Made by a program: the position numbers and the translations under genes. Under the pieces are notes generated by a model. It was not told where the DNA came from. It made no database searches and saw only the letters and a program-made list of their open reading frames with translations. From Octopus vulgaris (Eukaryota), in the NCBI GenBank assembly GCA_951406725.2, contig OX597838.1, positions 10,478,001 to 10,542,000 on the forward strand: a stretch of 64,000 bases of DNA, in the 5' to 3' direction. Positions 1 through 10,906 of this stretch are shown here, piece by piece. Position 1 is the first letter of the stretch; every line of letters begins with the position of its first letter.

Positions 1-157
1 GGACTGAACCCAAAACCACATGGTTGCAAAGCTAGCTTCTTGACCACACAGCCATGCCTGCACCACTCTAGATTTTATAATCATATAATGTTTATTTCCC
101 TTTTCCATTTTTATTTTATATTTACTATTTCTTTTTTGTTCTTTTTCTGTCTTCCAG

Positions 158-303
158 AGTAAGAATGATGACAGTATACAGTTGTGTCCAAGTGTTGGTT
201 CTAACAAATTCGGTATGTGGGGCCGTGGTAGTACGGGGGGAGGCAGCAGCCGTGGTTCAAATAATCAACAGAACGACAGACTCACAACAACACCAACTAA
301 TAG
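158..303 (+). CDS. EIF4G: eIF4G exon ([11 protein letters not shown]...WGRGSTGG...TPTNR)
   Basis: cttccag acceptor, AG|gtgatt donor; phase 2 joins the next exon to give NRFSAL. Confidence 0.85.
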
Positions 304-1126
304 GTGATTATTTATTAACTATTACTTTTGACCCTTTCATTGTTATATTTTTGCCTTTTGTTTCCATTAAATTTGAGATTAATGAATAATCTCTTCAAAT
401 AACTTATTTTCAGGTTCTCGGCTTTGTGCGGTGATGATGAAGATTTATTTAATATGATTGGAAGTAGTGGTCAAGAAAACAGGCCAGAAATGTTTGCTCG
501 TGGAGGCATGGGTAATCGCCGAAGTGGATCACGTTCTGGTGTAGGACCTTCACCTGGTCAATCTGGCCGCAATCAATTTAGTGGTTTTCGTGGAAAGGCA
601 TTGCCTCGCAGATTTTCGCAAGAGGACAGAAATGTTCAGAGACGTGGCTCAAAGTAAGTATGTGCCTGCCACCCTGCTGCTATTCTGTTGGGGCTCTTGT
701 ATTAATGAACTTGATATTAAAATGACATGCCCGTACTGCAACTGTTGTCTCCTTCCCAGCTACTTCCACCACTGCCCCCTTATGTATTGTAGTCATGTAT
801 CTCTTCTGTAGTGACATACCTGTGGCTGTCCTTGGTATAAAGCCACCTCCCCCTGTTCTATATTCTTACTCAGTTGAAGAATCAAATATATGGAGCATGT
901 AAGCAGCATATTGGGTATATTGGGCATATATTTGTGCCCCAGCATCACTCACATTAATAATAATAATAATGGTTTCAAATTTTGACTCCAGACCAGCACT
1001 TTTAGAGGAGGGGCTAAGTTGATTACATTGACCACGGTACTCAACCGGTACTTATTTTATTGACCCCGAAAGGATGAAAGGCAAAGTTGACCCTGGCATG
1101 CTAATAATTCTACCAGCTTGCCACCT

Positions 1127-1173
<47 letters not shown>

Positions 1174-1296
1174 TCTATCTCTGGGTATAATTGATCAGTT
1201 ATTAGCAGAATAGGCTATAATATACATTTATATATATATATATATATATATATAAACACACACACACACATATATGTATGTATGTATATACATACA

Positions 1297-1330
<34 letters not shown>

Positions 1331-1361
1331 CACACACATACGTATGTATGTATGTACATAC

Positions 1362-1412
<51 letters not shown>

Positions 1413-4400
1413 GAGACCGACAGAATAAGTGTTAGGCTTACAAAGAATAAGTCTTGGGGTTGATTTCTTAAAAAGGCTATTTCTGTTGACTGGATCAACT
1501 GGAACCCTTGCCATCGTAACCAATGGAGTGCCAGTCAAAAAAAAAAAAAAAAAGAGAGAGATTAACACCAGTGTGGTTCCATTATGAAAAAGATATCAAA
1601 TGCTTAGAGGCATTTTAAGTCTGTGCTGTTCTCCATCAAAGCTTACTTCTGTTATTGATTTGTAACAAAATAACTTTTAGTAAGATGAAGACTTGTGTGA
1701 TAGTTTGAAAGTGCTTGGGAATGGTTTATCAGAGTTGGGGATGCAGTGTCCAACCTATGCTAGCATATTGCATGGAAAAATAAATGTTTATGATGACAGC
1801 TACTTATGTATATATGTATATATATAATACAATTACAGAAAATAAAAATGAAACATTGTTATATATTTATAGTGATAATCTCACTCCTTTAAGAGGTCAG
1901 ACTCGTGAGGACAGTCGGTCTCGGAAAATCCGCAGTCGAGAAAATAGCAGAAATCGCAGTATGCACACTCCAATTGGCAGTCGAGAAAGCAGTCAGAATC
2001 GGCAGTCTGTACTTCATTCGAGAGAGAACTCTCGGGATTCGAAAATGGCAAGTTGTGAAAATGGCATGTTTCAAGAGAACAAACCATTAAATTATGATAC
2101 CAGCAATTCTACTTCAGACTACCCCACAAAGCATGAGAAAATAGAGTTGGCAGCAGCACAGAGTAAACCCATTAGTGAAGCTGAGGTGAAGAAGAAGACC
2201 ATGTTTATTATTGATGGTTACTTAAATAACAAAGATCTTGAGGTAAGTAGTTATACACTTTCTTTTATGTGCATGTTCTACGTAATTTAAGAAACATTGA
2301 GTGGAAATTTGCTACATGGATGCAGATGTCTTTAAAATAAAACTGGATCTCTTCCTGTCGGGTGTCCCGGATGAACCAACTTCACGGCGGGAGGTGCAGA
2401 TGAGGGCAGCTGCATCGAACTCTCATGCACCAAATGTCAATTGCTAAAAAGCATTCGTGAAGTAAAATCATGTAGCAACACTGAATGGCGGTGCCCCAGC
2501 ATGGCCACAGCTCGTGAGCTGAAACTAGATAAAATAAAATATAAATTTTCACCATATATATTAACTATAAAATATAGTCTAATATAGTCAAAATTGTGCA
2601 GTGAATGCCAGCAAAGAAAATAGATGTTAGATGATGATGAATCATTAGAGCCTCAAAGAAATCTGAATGCAATGAGATAATAATAATAATAATGAAATTA
2701 TTGTATACAGTGCTCAGGTGCACCACAACTTGTCAGAAAGTGCGTATAAAGTGTATGCAGTAATGTACAAATGTCTGGAAAGCGAACAATGTATGAGTCA
2801 GATACATGCTTACATGTGTATGGAGGGGAGAAAATCAGGTGTAGTGTTGGCGAATCTCAGAAAGCATGGAAGTTTTGAAGGATGCAGTGCTCCGACAACT
2901 AATAACTGATGCCGGCAGTCTGTTCCATGCTTCAGCAACTCTCAGCATGAAAAAATGTTTCCTGAAATCATGTGAGCTGTGCTGTTTTCTGACTTTGTAA
3001 ATATGTCCACGGGTGTTAGACGGGTGGAGTTTGAAAAGGTGCTCAGAGTTATTGTTTGTAAGATGGTTGATAATTTTATGGGTGTCTGCCAAGTCAGCTG
3101 CCAGACGTCGGAGTTTCAATTGCATAATTAATTAGTTGAAAACAATGTGACTGAATAAACAAGCTTTCTGAATGTGAAAAGGTTAAGGAATTGAGTGTTG
3201 GCTCTTTTTTTTCTTTACTTGTTTTATTGACACTATTGACTTGTATTTATTTGGTTTTTTCCATTCCAGGAAGTGGTGGTATCTCTCTCTAAATTGAAAT
3301 CCTCAAGTAATCTCCAAGTGTTCATATCATCTGCTATCAGTCATGTACTTGATTTAACACAACCGGCTCGAACACACACTGGCTCCCTAATCTATCACCT
3401 CATGGATAATAAAACAATTTCTAAATCTGATTTCTTAAATGGGTAAGTAGCTGTTCAGTTTTATTATTTTGTATCTGTTGTATTCCGATGCTAAAGTATA
3501 GATAAGGTACATTCCACCAACTGTCCTAACAGACTAAGCATAACCTCATCACCACCTGTCCTCTCTTCTGGTCGACAGATTAAGGGTACATAAGTTACAT
3601 AATTTGCTTCAAACCTGCAATTTAAATAACAAACCTATTTTTGATCTTATTGAGGTAAGTGTTTTTGCAGATATTTATGCTGATAAAATAATTTCACTCC
3701 CTAATGATAATAAATGCACAATTCTGTCTGTCCGTCCATCTGGGATCCCTGTATCTTAGTCTACATTTGCTCTGCATAGACATATTATACCTTTTGGGGA
3801 TCGAAAATCTGCCCTTCATTTGATCCTTGAACATCCAGCATTGGGATCTAATTTAAAAGCATTTGCTCTATACAGAATAAAATTCCATATGTTTTGTTTA
3901 TATTCTAGTAACTTCATGAGATGTAGCTTCAGTGGTTCTCAGTCACATGAAATCGGATCAAAAATACGATAACCACTGTTATTGAATGTTTCTATAGGCA
4001 TTGGTACAACTGTGTGGTTCAAGTTTGTTTCCCAGCTACATGGGCAGATGTCTTCTACTCTAGCTGTGGGTGGCCAAAGCTTTGAGAGCACATTTGACAG
4101 AGAGAAACTGAAAGATGTCTGTCGTGTGTGTATGTGTCTCTCTCCTTGTCCCGACCTCGTGTATTAATTGTAAATGAGTGTCACTCTTCAAACGGTAGTG
4201 TTTGTTTAAAATTTTCTCTGGAAACCTGTTCAACCACGATGAAAACTACTTTGCTTGGAAACAGGTGAGGGTCAGCAACAGAAAGGACATCGGGGCTTGG
4301 AAAATCTGCTTTAACATATTCGATGTGACCCATGCAGCTTTGGAAAAGTGGACATTAAAACTATGATGTTGACAATGTTGACTTTAAAAAAAATCATTGG

Positions 4401-7400
4401 TGTTTGGTAGAATAGCTTGACTGATCCCTCCTTTGTGCATATGACAATTAAGGTTTTACAGCTTTAGAAAAAGTAAGTGAAGCCTTTGGGTGCACAGGAA
4501 ATAGTAAAATCTCTAAGTATCTAGTGGAAAGAATATTTGAAGCGTAGCAGACAGTCCTTACTATCTCAAAAATCAAGTTTTGAATGATGAATATTATCTA
4601 ATATCCTACTTCTAGGACTGCCATCTCTGATTTCTCTTGCCAGTATACTGAAATGGTTTTTTTTAATATTTTAGTTTTGTTGTTGTTAAGCCTGCTCCTC
4701 TGTTGTTCAGTGTTTGGTTTTTTTTATCATTTTAGCATGAACAATGTTTTGGAATATGCTGAAGATCTGGAGATTGATGTACCAAGAATATGGACATATT
4801 TTGCTCAATTAATTTCTTCCTTGCTGGGCGAGGGAAGACTACCTTGGACAATTTTAAAAGAGATTGTCGAGCCCTTAAAAACTACAAATAAAGGAGGCGT
4901 TTTCATTGCTGAAATACTCAAAGAACTCGTCACTCGAATGGTAACAATCAACCTTATTTGTGTGTCTGTGTGTGAGTGAGAACGCACGTGTGTGGTTTGA
5001 ACTCAGAATCCCTGTCACGGTTTCGTTCCATTGCCCAGCTGTTGATCATTACAGACCCTCATGTTGTAATAAACATGTTTAATCTATTGTTTTACTGAAT
5101 GACCGGTTCAAGTTTGCTGATTCTTTTACATTTCTGTTGTTTCCATTATAAAGACGCACAACCATAAGGTTATGGGGCCCAGGCACTCGATCAGAAGTTG
5201 CTTGTTTGTTTGTACCCATGAACAAAGTACTTAGCTTGCTCTTAAGTCTAAGTCCTGTTGAACCCTTTAGAATTCAAAATTAATCCTTATTTATTTACAT
5301 TGCTTTGAATTAATCGTGCATTATCCTGTAGCTATGAGATTTTGGTGGGGTGACTTAATTTTTACAATGGTATTGTAGAGTTGGTACGAAAGGCCAGATC
5401 TGACCATTAGGAATTTGTATTTTTATTTTTTTTGTATCATTAATCCCTTATATTCAATCTGTTTTGTGTTTGAACTGGCCAGATCCAGGCTCTCACACCT
5501 ACCCTATAATGTTGTTCTAAAAATGAACAACCAAACCATCGAAATCTGAAAACTTACAATATGATGCATGATTAATTCAAAATGTGAATAGATAAGCATT
5601 ACATTTGATAGAAAAATCAGACTGCTTAAAGGGTTAGGTTACAAGTAAAGGATTAATGTTAGTATTGACTTGAACTTTAGGTTGTTTAAGAAAATAGATG
5701 AGGCCTGAGATAAAAATAATAATACATTTTAAAAATCAACATAGTTTATCTTGATTGTGTTTGGCAAAAGTTGCTGGGCTGGATTACTGGGCACATCCAG
5801 CCTAAATATTCTTCTTCTTTTATGTTCAAACCAACCATATCCAGCCTCTCCTTACAATATTATTCCAAAAAAATAAAGACAATCACATCTTCAAAGTCTT
5901 GAGGCTACAAGATATTGCATGATTAACTTTTACATTAGATAAATCATCATCATCATTTAGCGTCTGCTTTCCATGCTGGCATGGGTTGGACGGTGCAACT
6001 GGGGTCTGGGAAGCCAGAAGGCTGCACCAGGCCCAGTCCTGATCTGGCAATGTTTCTACGGCTGGATGCCCTTCCTAACGCCAACCACTCCGTGAGTGTA
6101 GTGGGTGCTTTTTACGTGCCAGACGAGGCTGGCAAACGGCCACGATCGGATGGTGCTTTTTACGTGCCACCGGCATGGAGGCCAGGTGTCTGAATATTAT
6201 AAAAGGTCGATAGTAGTGGATGGTGAAGATCTCTAAGATGAAAATAGGTACCATAGGTAACAACTGTACTGTATAATTAGTGCGTTTCATTTGCAAGCTA
6301 TATCCACTTGCATGTATAGTGTAGCAGTTGTTTAACTGAGCTACCTAAGAAACCATTCACAAGCTCCTGTGATCTGTAAAAGATACGAGACTCAGCATTC
6401 TAACAACTAATAACGAGCATACATGAGAAATAATTAGAAACAAGATTTTGAGTTCAAACTTGAACGACCAGTATCAGTTACTTGCAGAATTATATAGCTG
6501 TATATTTTCAGATTTGACTATTTGTTACATAATGGTTTTCTATCCTCCTGTTTAGGGTGAACAAAAAGTACAAGAACTCTGGAAATCATTTGATTTAAAA
6601 CTTTCTGATTTCTACAAGGCTGAAGATATGTCCAAGTTTATTTCAGACCATGTAAGTAAAACCTGATTTTCCTGCATTGTTGTATTTATTTCTGATGTTT
6701 TCTTTTGTCTTTCTGTATATCTCAGTGTTTCGACCATAAGACAATAACTAATATTTGATTTGGCTGGGATGAAGTGGAAATACTTCAGATCGTTAATGGC
6801 AGAATCGTTAGCACGCCAGGCGAAATGCGTAGCCGTATTTCGTCTGTCGTTACGTTCCGAGTTCAAATTCCGTCGAAGTCGATTTTGCCTTTCATCCTCA
6901 CGGGGGCGATAAATTAAGTACTAGTTACGCACTGGAGTCGATGTAATCGACTTAATCCCTTTGTCAGTCCTTGTTTGTCCCCTCTGTGTTTAGCCCCTTG
7001 TGGGTAGTAAAGAAATAAATATCTTCTCAGCTAGAAACGTCAACAACACCAACTTCAGGAAGGCAGCCAGCCACCTGATAACCAACCAATCAGGGGCTGT
7101 GCTAACCAGATTGATTACTATCTCACCAGACAGTGGGATGCATGGTGGCTCTTAAATACAAAGACCCTCCCTGGGGAAGAAAGTACCCCACCCCCAGCAC
7201 AGACTAGTCATTAGTGACTTTAGATTCCAGGCCAGAAGGATGCCGAGAAGCAGATCAATCTAGAATAGAAAGATTTGGAAGTTTAAAGACCCTTCATATG
7301 GTCAGATTTAGGGACATCCTAACTGAGAAATTTAATGAGAAGGAGGAGGAGGAGCTACAAACTTGTGACATAGAGGGCAACTGGGAATTCCTGTGGGACA

Positions 7401-10400
7401 GCTTACTGAGTGCCACAGACCAAATCTGCGGCTGGTGCAAAGTCCTTTCCAGACCTTGGGTAACCTGCCTTGAAGGGATTTTAGTCAAACAAATCGACCC
7501 CAGTACTGATATGTTGTAATTTTTCTTTTCTTTTCTTTTTTTTTCTTTTTAGAAATTGGAATTCATGTTTGACAAAGATAATCCTGACTGTTTGTTAAAT
7601 GATTTTGAGAACAAGTTACATAATTTGCTTGAAACCTGCAATTTAAATAACAAACCTATTTTTGATCTTATTGAGGTAAGTGTTTTTGCAGATATTTATG
7701 CTGATAAAATAATTTCACTCCCTAATGATAATAAATGCAAAATTCTGTCTGTCCATTTGGGACCCTGGTATTTCAGTCTACATTTGCTCTACACAGACAT
7801 ATTATATCTTTTTGGAATCAGGATGATCCCGGGATTGAAAATCTGCCCTTCATTTGATCCTTGAACATCCAGCATTGGGATCTAATTTAAAAGCATTTGG
7901 GTTGCTATTTTTAGCAGGTAAAACTTGGCAGATTCACGCCATCTTGGTTGGTATTTGTCAGGTGACGTCAGCGATCAAGGGGAGATAAATGACATTCACT
8001 TCGTTAATTTTATGTTGAGATAAGAACTTTGGGACAAATTGGCCAAACGGTTGGAATTCAAATTGGGACTGGAACAATAGAATGATGGCATTACAGAATT
8101 AATCCTCATCCATCCTTAACTGCTGATCAAACACCACCGGGGCATATAGTCATGCTATTTAGCACTCTTTAGTTAGGGGCTGCAGGCCCAAGTAGCCCTC
8201 TGCAAGAGCTAACTTACAAGTCCCCTTGGAGTGCAGCTTTTATGGCAGGTAAAAATAAGAATAACCACAAAAATTTCTTGTAACAATACCAAACTGTGGT
8301 AACATTGTAGTGTAGATTAATGAAAGCTAGTCCAGTTTATTTAAACTCTAGAATTTGATAGTTTAATTATTTTTGTACTTAAAGTAGTGGTCCTCAACCT
8401 GGGCCCGTATTGCCCCTGAGGGTCCATGTAAGATTTTTGAGGGTCTGTACAACAAAATAATGAATTGGAGATCTACAATAGTATTTTAAGGGCTCCTAAA
8501 AAAACTTGCTTTAGATGTATGCATTGGTGTGTATAGTGAAGGCACGTGGCTTAGTGGTTAGGGTATTCAGCTCACAAACAAAAGGTTGCAAGTTCAATTC
8601 CCGGCAATGCATTGTGTCCTTGAGCAAGATACTTTATTTCACATTGCTCCAGTCCACTGAGCTGTCAAAAATGAGTAGTACTTGTATTTCAAAGGCCAGC
8701 CATGTCACATTCTGTGTCATGTTGAATATCCCTGAGAGCTACGTTAAAGGTACGCACGTCTGTGGAGTGCTCAGCCTCTTGCATGTTAATTTCATGAGCA
8801 GGCTGTTCCATTGATTAGATCAGCTGGAACCCTCGTCTTCGTAACAAATGGGATGCCATTGGTGTGTATTGCAGATTTCTTTCTCTAACGCAGTGCTTTT
8901 CAAACTTTTTGCTAGAGCGGAACCCCAAGGAAACATTCCACTGGCTCGAGGAACCCCTGTGCAATAATTCAATAGTCTTATGCACACATATCTGCACAGG
9001 AGAATTAAAAATTACTGCCGATTTTAGCAGTTTTGTAACTTCTTGCAGAACCCCTGGACTGTGCTGGCGGAACCCTGGTTGAAAACCACTGCTCTAACAT
9101 ATTACATAGTTCAGCGTACACAAGTGTGACAAGCAAAATAAGAAGTTTGAAAGTTTCTATAAAACTTGTTTTTAAATAGTGAATGGTTATTGAAGGGGGG
9201 GGTGGCACCAGAAGAAAATAGTATTTCAAGGAGGTCTGTAAATAAAAAAGGGTTGAGAACGCCTGACTTATGCAACTGTATTTAAATTCTGTTGTTGTTT
9301 AAAGCTCTAATTAGCATTTTATTTTGTACCTAGGAACTTCAGCAACCTCTTATAGAGACGGAGGAATTCATCAGGATTCTTATGACTGAAATTTGCTCAA
9401 GTGCAATTGTCGGTAAGAAAACACTACTGTCCATTTTCTGAAATATTTGTTTAGCATTTGTATGGCTGTGAGGTTAAGAACTTTGCTCTCCAGCCATGTG
9501 GTCTTGGGCTCAGCACTTCAGGCAAGTGTCTTCCATTATAGCCCCTGGGCCAACCAAAGCCTCGTGAGTGGGTTCAATAGTTGACGACTGAAAAAGTGTT
9601 GTGTTTTGTGTCATATGCTTGCCTAGACATCATGTAATGGTTATCAATGTATGTCATCATAATGCAGGTGAGGTTTTTCGTTTTCAGTCTTACACGAGAA
9701 ACATGTCCAGGTATAAGTAAATATTATCTTGCTTGGAAACAGGTGAGATTATCAGTTGGCATAGCATCAAGCTGTAGAAAATCTGCCTCTAAAAGTTCCA
9801 TCTCACCATACAAGAATGGAAAAGTGGGCATTTAACCCTTTAGTGTTCAGATTATTCTGTCAAATGTGATGTTTGTTTATTTAAAATGGTTTGAATTAAT
9901 CATGCATTATCTTGTAGTTTAGAGATTTCGGTGATGTGATTTTTTTAGTTTTAGAATTGTAGGGCTGAGGTGAGAGGCAAGATCTGGTCAGTTTCAATAT
10001 AAAACAGGTTAAATATTTTGGCCAGATATGGCCGGTTTGAATGCTAAAGGGTTAAATGACAAGGACAGTGATATGGATATATTGAGTTGTTTGTTACCTA
10101 CATGTCTTTTCTTATTGTTATGGGTTGAGCAGGTTTGCAAAAGAGAGGTTTCTAACTTGTGCAACAAAACATTCATCTCCATTGCCTCTGTTCTTTACAT
10201 TTGGTAACATTTCTCACTGCAACTCCTTCTGTGAGGTTGTAAGCTGGTCACTTTGGCAATTGTCAACCATACTGCCGTGTTTATCTTAGATATATTAGAA
10301 CTGGAGAAGACGACTAATATACACTGTGGTTGACATTACGAAGGGCATCCAGCTGTAGAAACCTTGACATTAGGGTCTGAGTCTTAACACCTTACTCTAC

Positions 10401-10906
10401 TTGCTCCTTATTAACTAGCAAAATAATTTTAACATTTTTTTCATCTTTCTTCAATTTTTCAGAGAGTAAAGTTTCGAAGAGTAAAATAAAAACAAGATGT
10501 GAAGTCTTGCTGAAATATCTTGGCCAAAAGCCTAACCTGCAGTTACAGGCTCTCTATTCATTGCAAGCTCTGGACGTCAAGTTGGTGCATCCACCTAGTA
10601 AGTTTCATGTTCAACCCTCTCCTATTCAGACTACTCTAATCAAATCTAATGCCTATTTATTCACATTCTGTTGATATTTTTTGTTAATCTCTCCCTTTTT
10701 TCTCTCTTTCTCACCTTGATTATTTTTTTCCTAATACAGGTGTTTTAAGAATGATGTTTGAAACCTTGTATGACGAAGACGTAATAGCGGAGGATGCCTA
10801 CTTCCAGTGGGAGAAAAGCGAAGATTCACCTGGCAAAGGTGTTGCTTTGAAACAGGTTGCAGCGTTCCTCACCTGGTTGCATGAAGCTGAAGAGGATGAT
10901 GATTGA
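158..10906 (+). CDS. EIF4G: Eukaryotic translation initiation factor 4 gamma (eIF4G1/3-like), 3' portion, 10 exons; 5' part lies outside the window
   Basis: Hand-spliced exons: 158-303, 414-653, 1873-2242, 3270-3442, 4736-4940, 6556-6651, 7553-7675, 9334-9412, 10463-10597, 10740-10906. All junctions are GT-AG with matching phases. Motifs: [14 protein letters not shown]; MA3 ([17 protein letters not shown]); W2 ([53 protein letters not shown]). Confidence 0.95.
414..653 (+). CDS. EIF4G: eIF4G exon ([12 protein letters not shown]..., RG/S-rich linker)
   Basis: ttttcag acceptor, AA|gtaagt donor, open frame. Confidence 0.88.
1873..2242 (+). CDS. EIF4G: eIF4G exon (SRENSR repeats; start of MA3, [18 protein letters not shown])
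   Basis: tttatag acceptor, GAG|gtaagt donor, phases consistent. Confidence 0.88.
2678..3125 (-). mobile_element. CR1-type LINE 3' fragment
   Basis: NTRGHIYKV...[19 protein letters not shown]; (ATT)n tail; second copy at 36598-36890. Confidence 0.78.
3270..3442 (+). CDS. EIF4G: eIF4G MA3 exon (EVVVSLSKL...[13 protein letters not shown]...DFLNG)
   Basis: ccattccag acceptor, GG|gtaagt donor, open frame. Confidence 0.9.
3592..3865 (+). repeat. Local duplicate of the 3' half of eIF4G exon 7553-7675 plus its downstream intron (7613-7899)
   Basis: Near-identical sequence, including the GAG|GTAAGT donor. Confidence 0.9.
4736..4940 (+). CDS. EIF4G: eIF4G MA3 exon ([23 protein letters not shown]...)
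   Basis: ttttag acceptor, ATG|gtaaca donor, MA3 signature. Confidence 0.93.
6556..6651 (+). CDS. EIF4G: eIF4G exon ([19 protein letters not shown]...FISDH)
   Basis: tttag acceptor, CAT|gtaagt donor, 96 nt, phase 0-0. Confidence 0.9.
6797..7018 (+). mobile_element. Short SINE-like repeat (GGCAGAATCGTTAGCAC...GAGTTCAAATTCC...AAAGAAATA)
   Basis: Copies on - at 15903-16272 (dimer), 28595-28828, 41130-41363, plus many fragments. Confidence 0.75.
7030..7465 (+). mobile_element. Degenerate LINE fragment (end of APE endonuclease, linker)
   Basis: QIDYYL..., [10 protein letters not shown]..., [18 protein letters not shown] with frameshifts. Confidence 0.55.
7553..7675 (+). CDS. EIF4G: eIF4G exon (KLEFMF...NKPIFDLIE), start of W2 region
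   Basis: long polypyrimidine tract + ag, GAG|gtaagt donor, 123 nt. Confidence 0.9.
8535..8856 (+). mobile_element. tRNA-derived SINE
   Basis: A box TGGCTTAGTGG, B-like AGTTCAATTCC; 13-bp TSD CATTGGTGTGTAT. Confidence 0.8.
8891..9091. mobile_element. hAT-type MITE
   Basis: TIR CAGTG.TTTTCAA / TTGAAAACCACTG; 8-bp TSD CTCTAACG / CTCTAACA. Confidence 0.8.
9334..9412 (+). CDS. EIF4G: eIF4G W2 exon ([15 protein letters not shown])
   Basis: cctag acceptor, G|gtaaga donor. Confidence 0.9.
9832..10055. mobile_element. piggyBac-type MITE, second family
   Basis: TTAA|CCCTTTAG...CTAAAGGG|TTAA; related copies at 32906-33132, about 5220-5640, 22280-22600, 22865-23095 and 44190-44341. Confidence 0.8.
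10463..10597 (+). CDS. EIF4G: eIF4G W2 exon (LLKYL...[10 protein letters not shown]...HPP)
   Basis: tttttcag acceptor, A|gtaagt donor. Confidence 0.92.
10740..10906 (+). CDS. EIF4G: eIF4G terminal coding exon (W2 aromatic/acidic boxes; stop TGA)
   Basis: [17 protein letters not shown]...[13 protein letters not shown]. Confidence 0.95.

Larger units (their letters stand above)
8385..9265. mobile_element. Older hAT-like MITE hosting nested SINE and MITE
   Basis: Degenerate TIRs TAGTGGTCCTCAACC / GGTTGAGAACGCCTG; partial TSD ACTTA. Confidence 0.55.
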
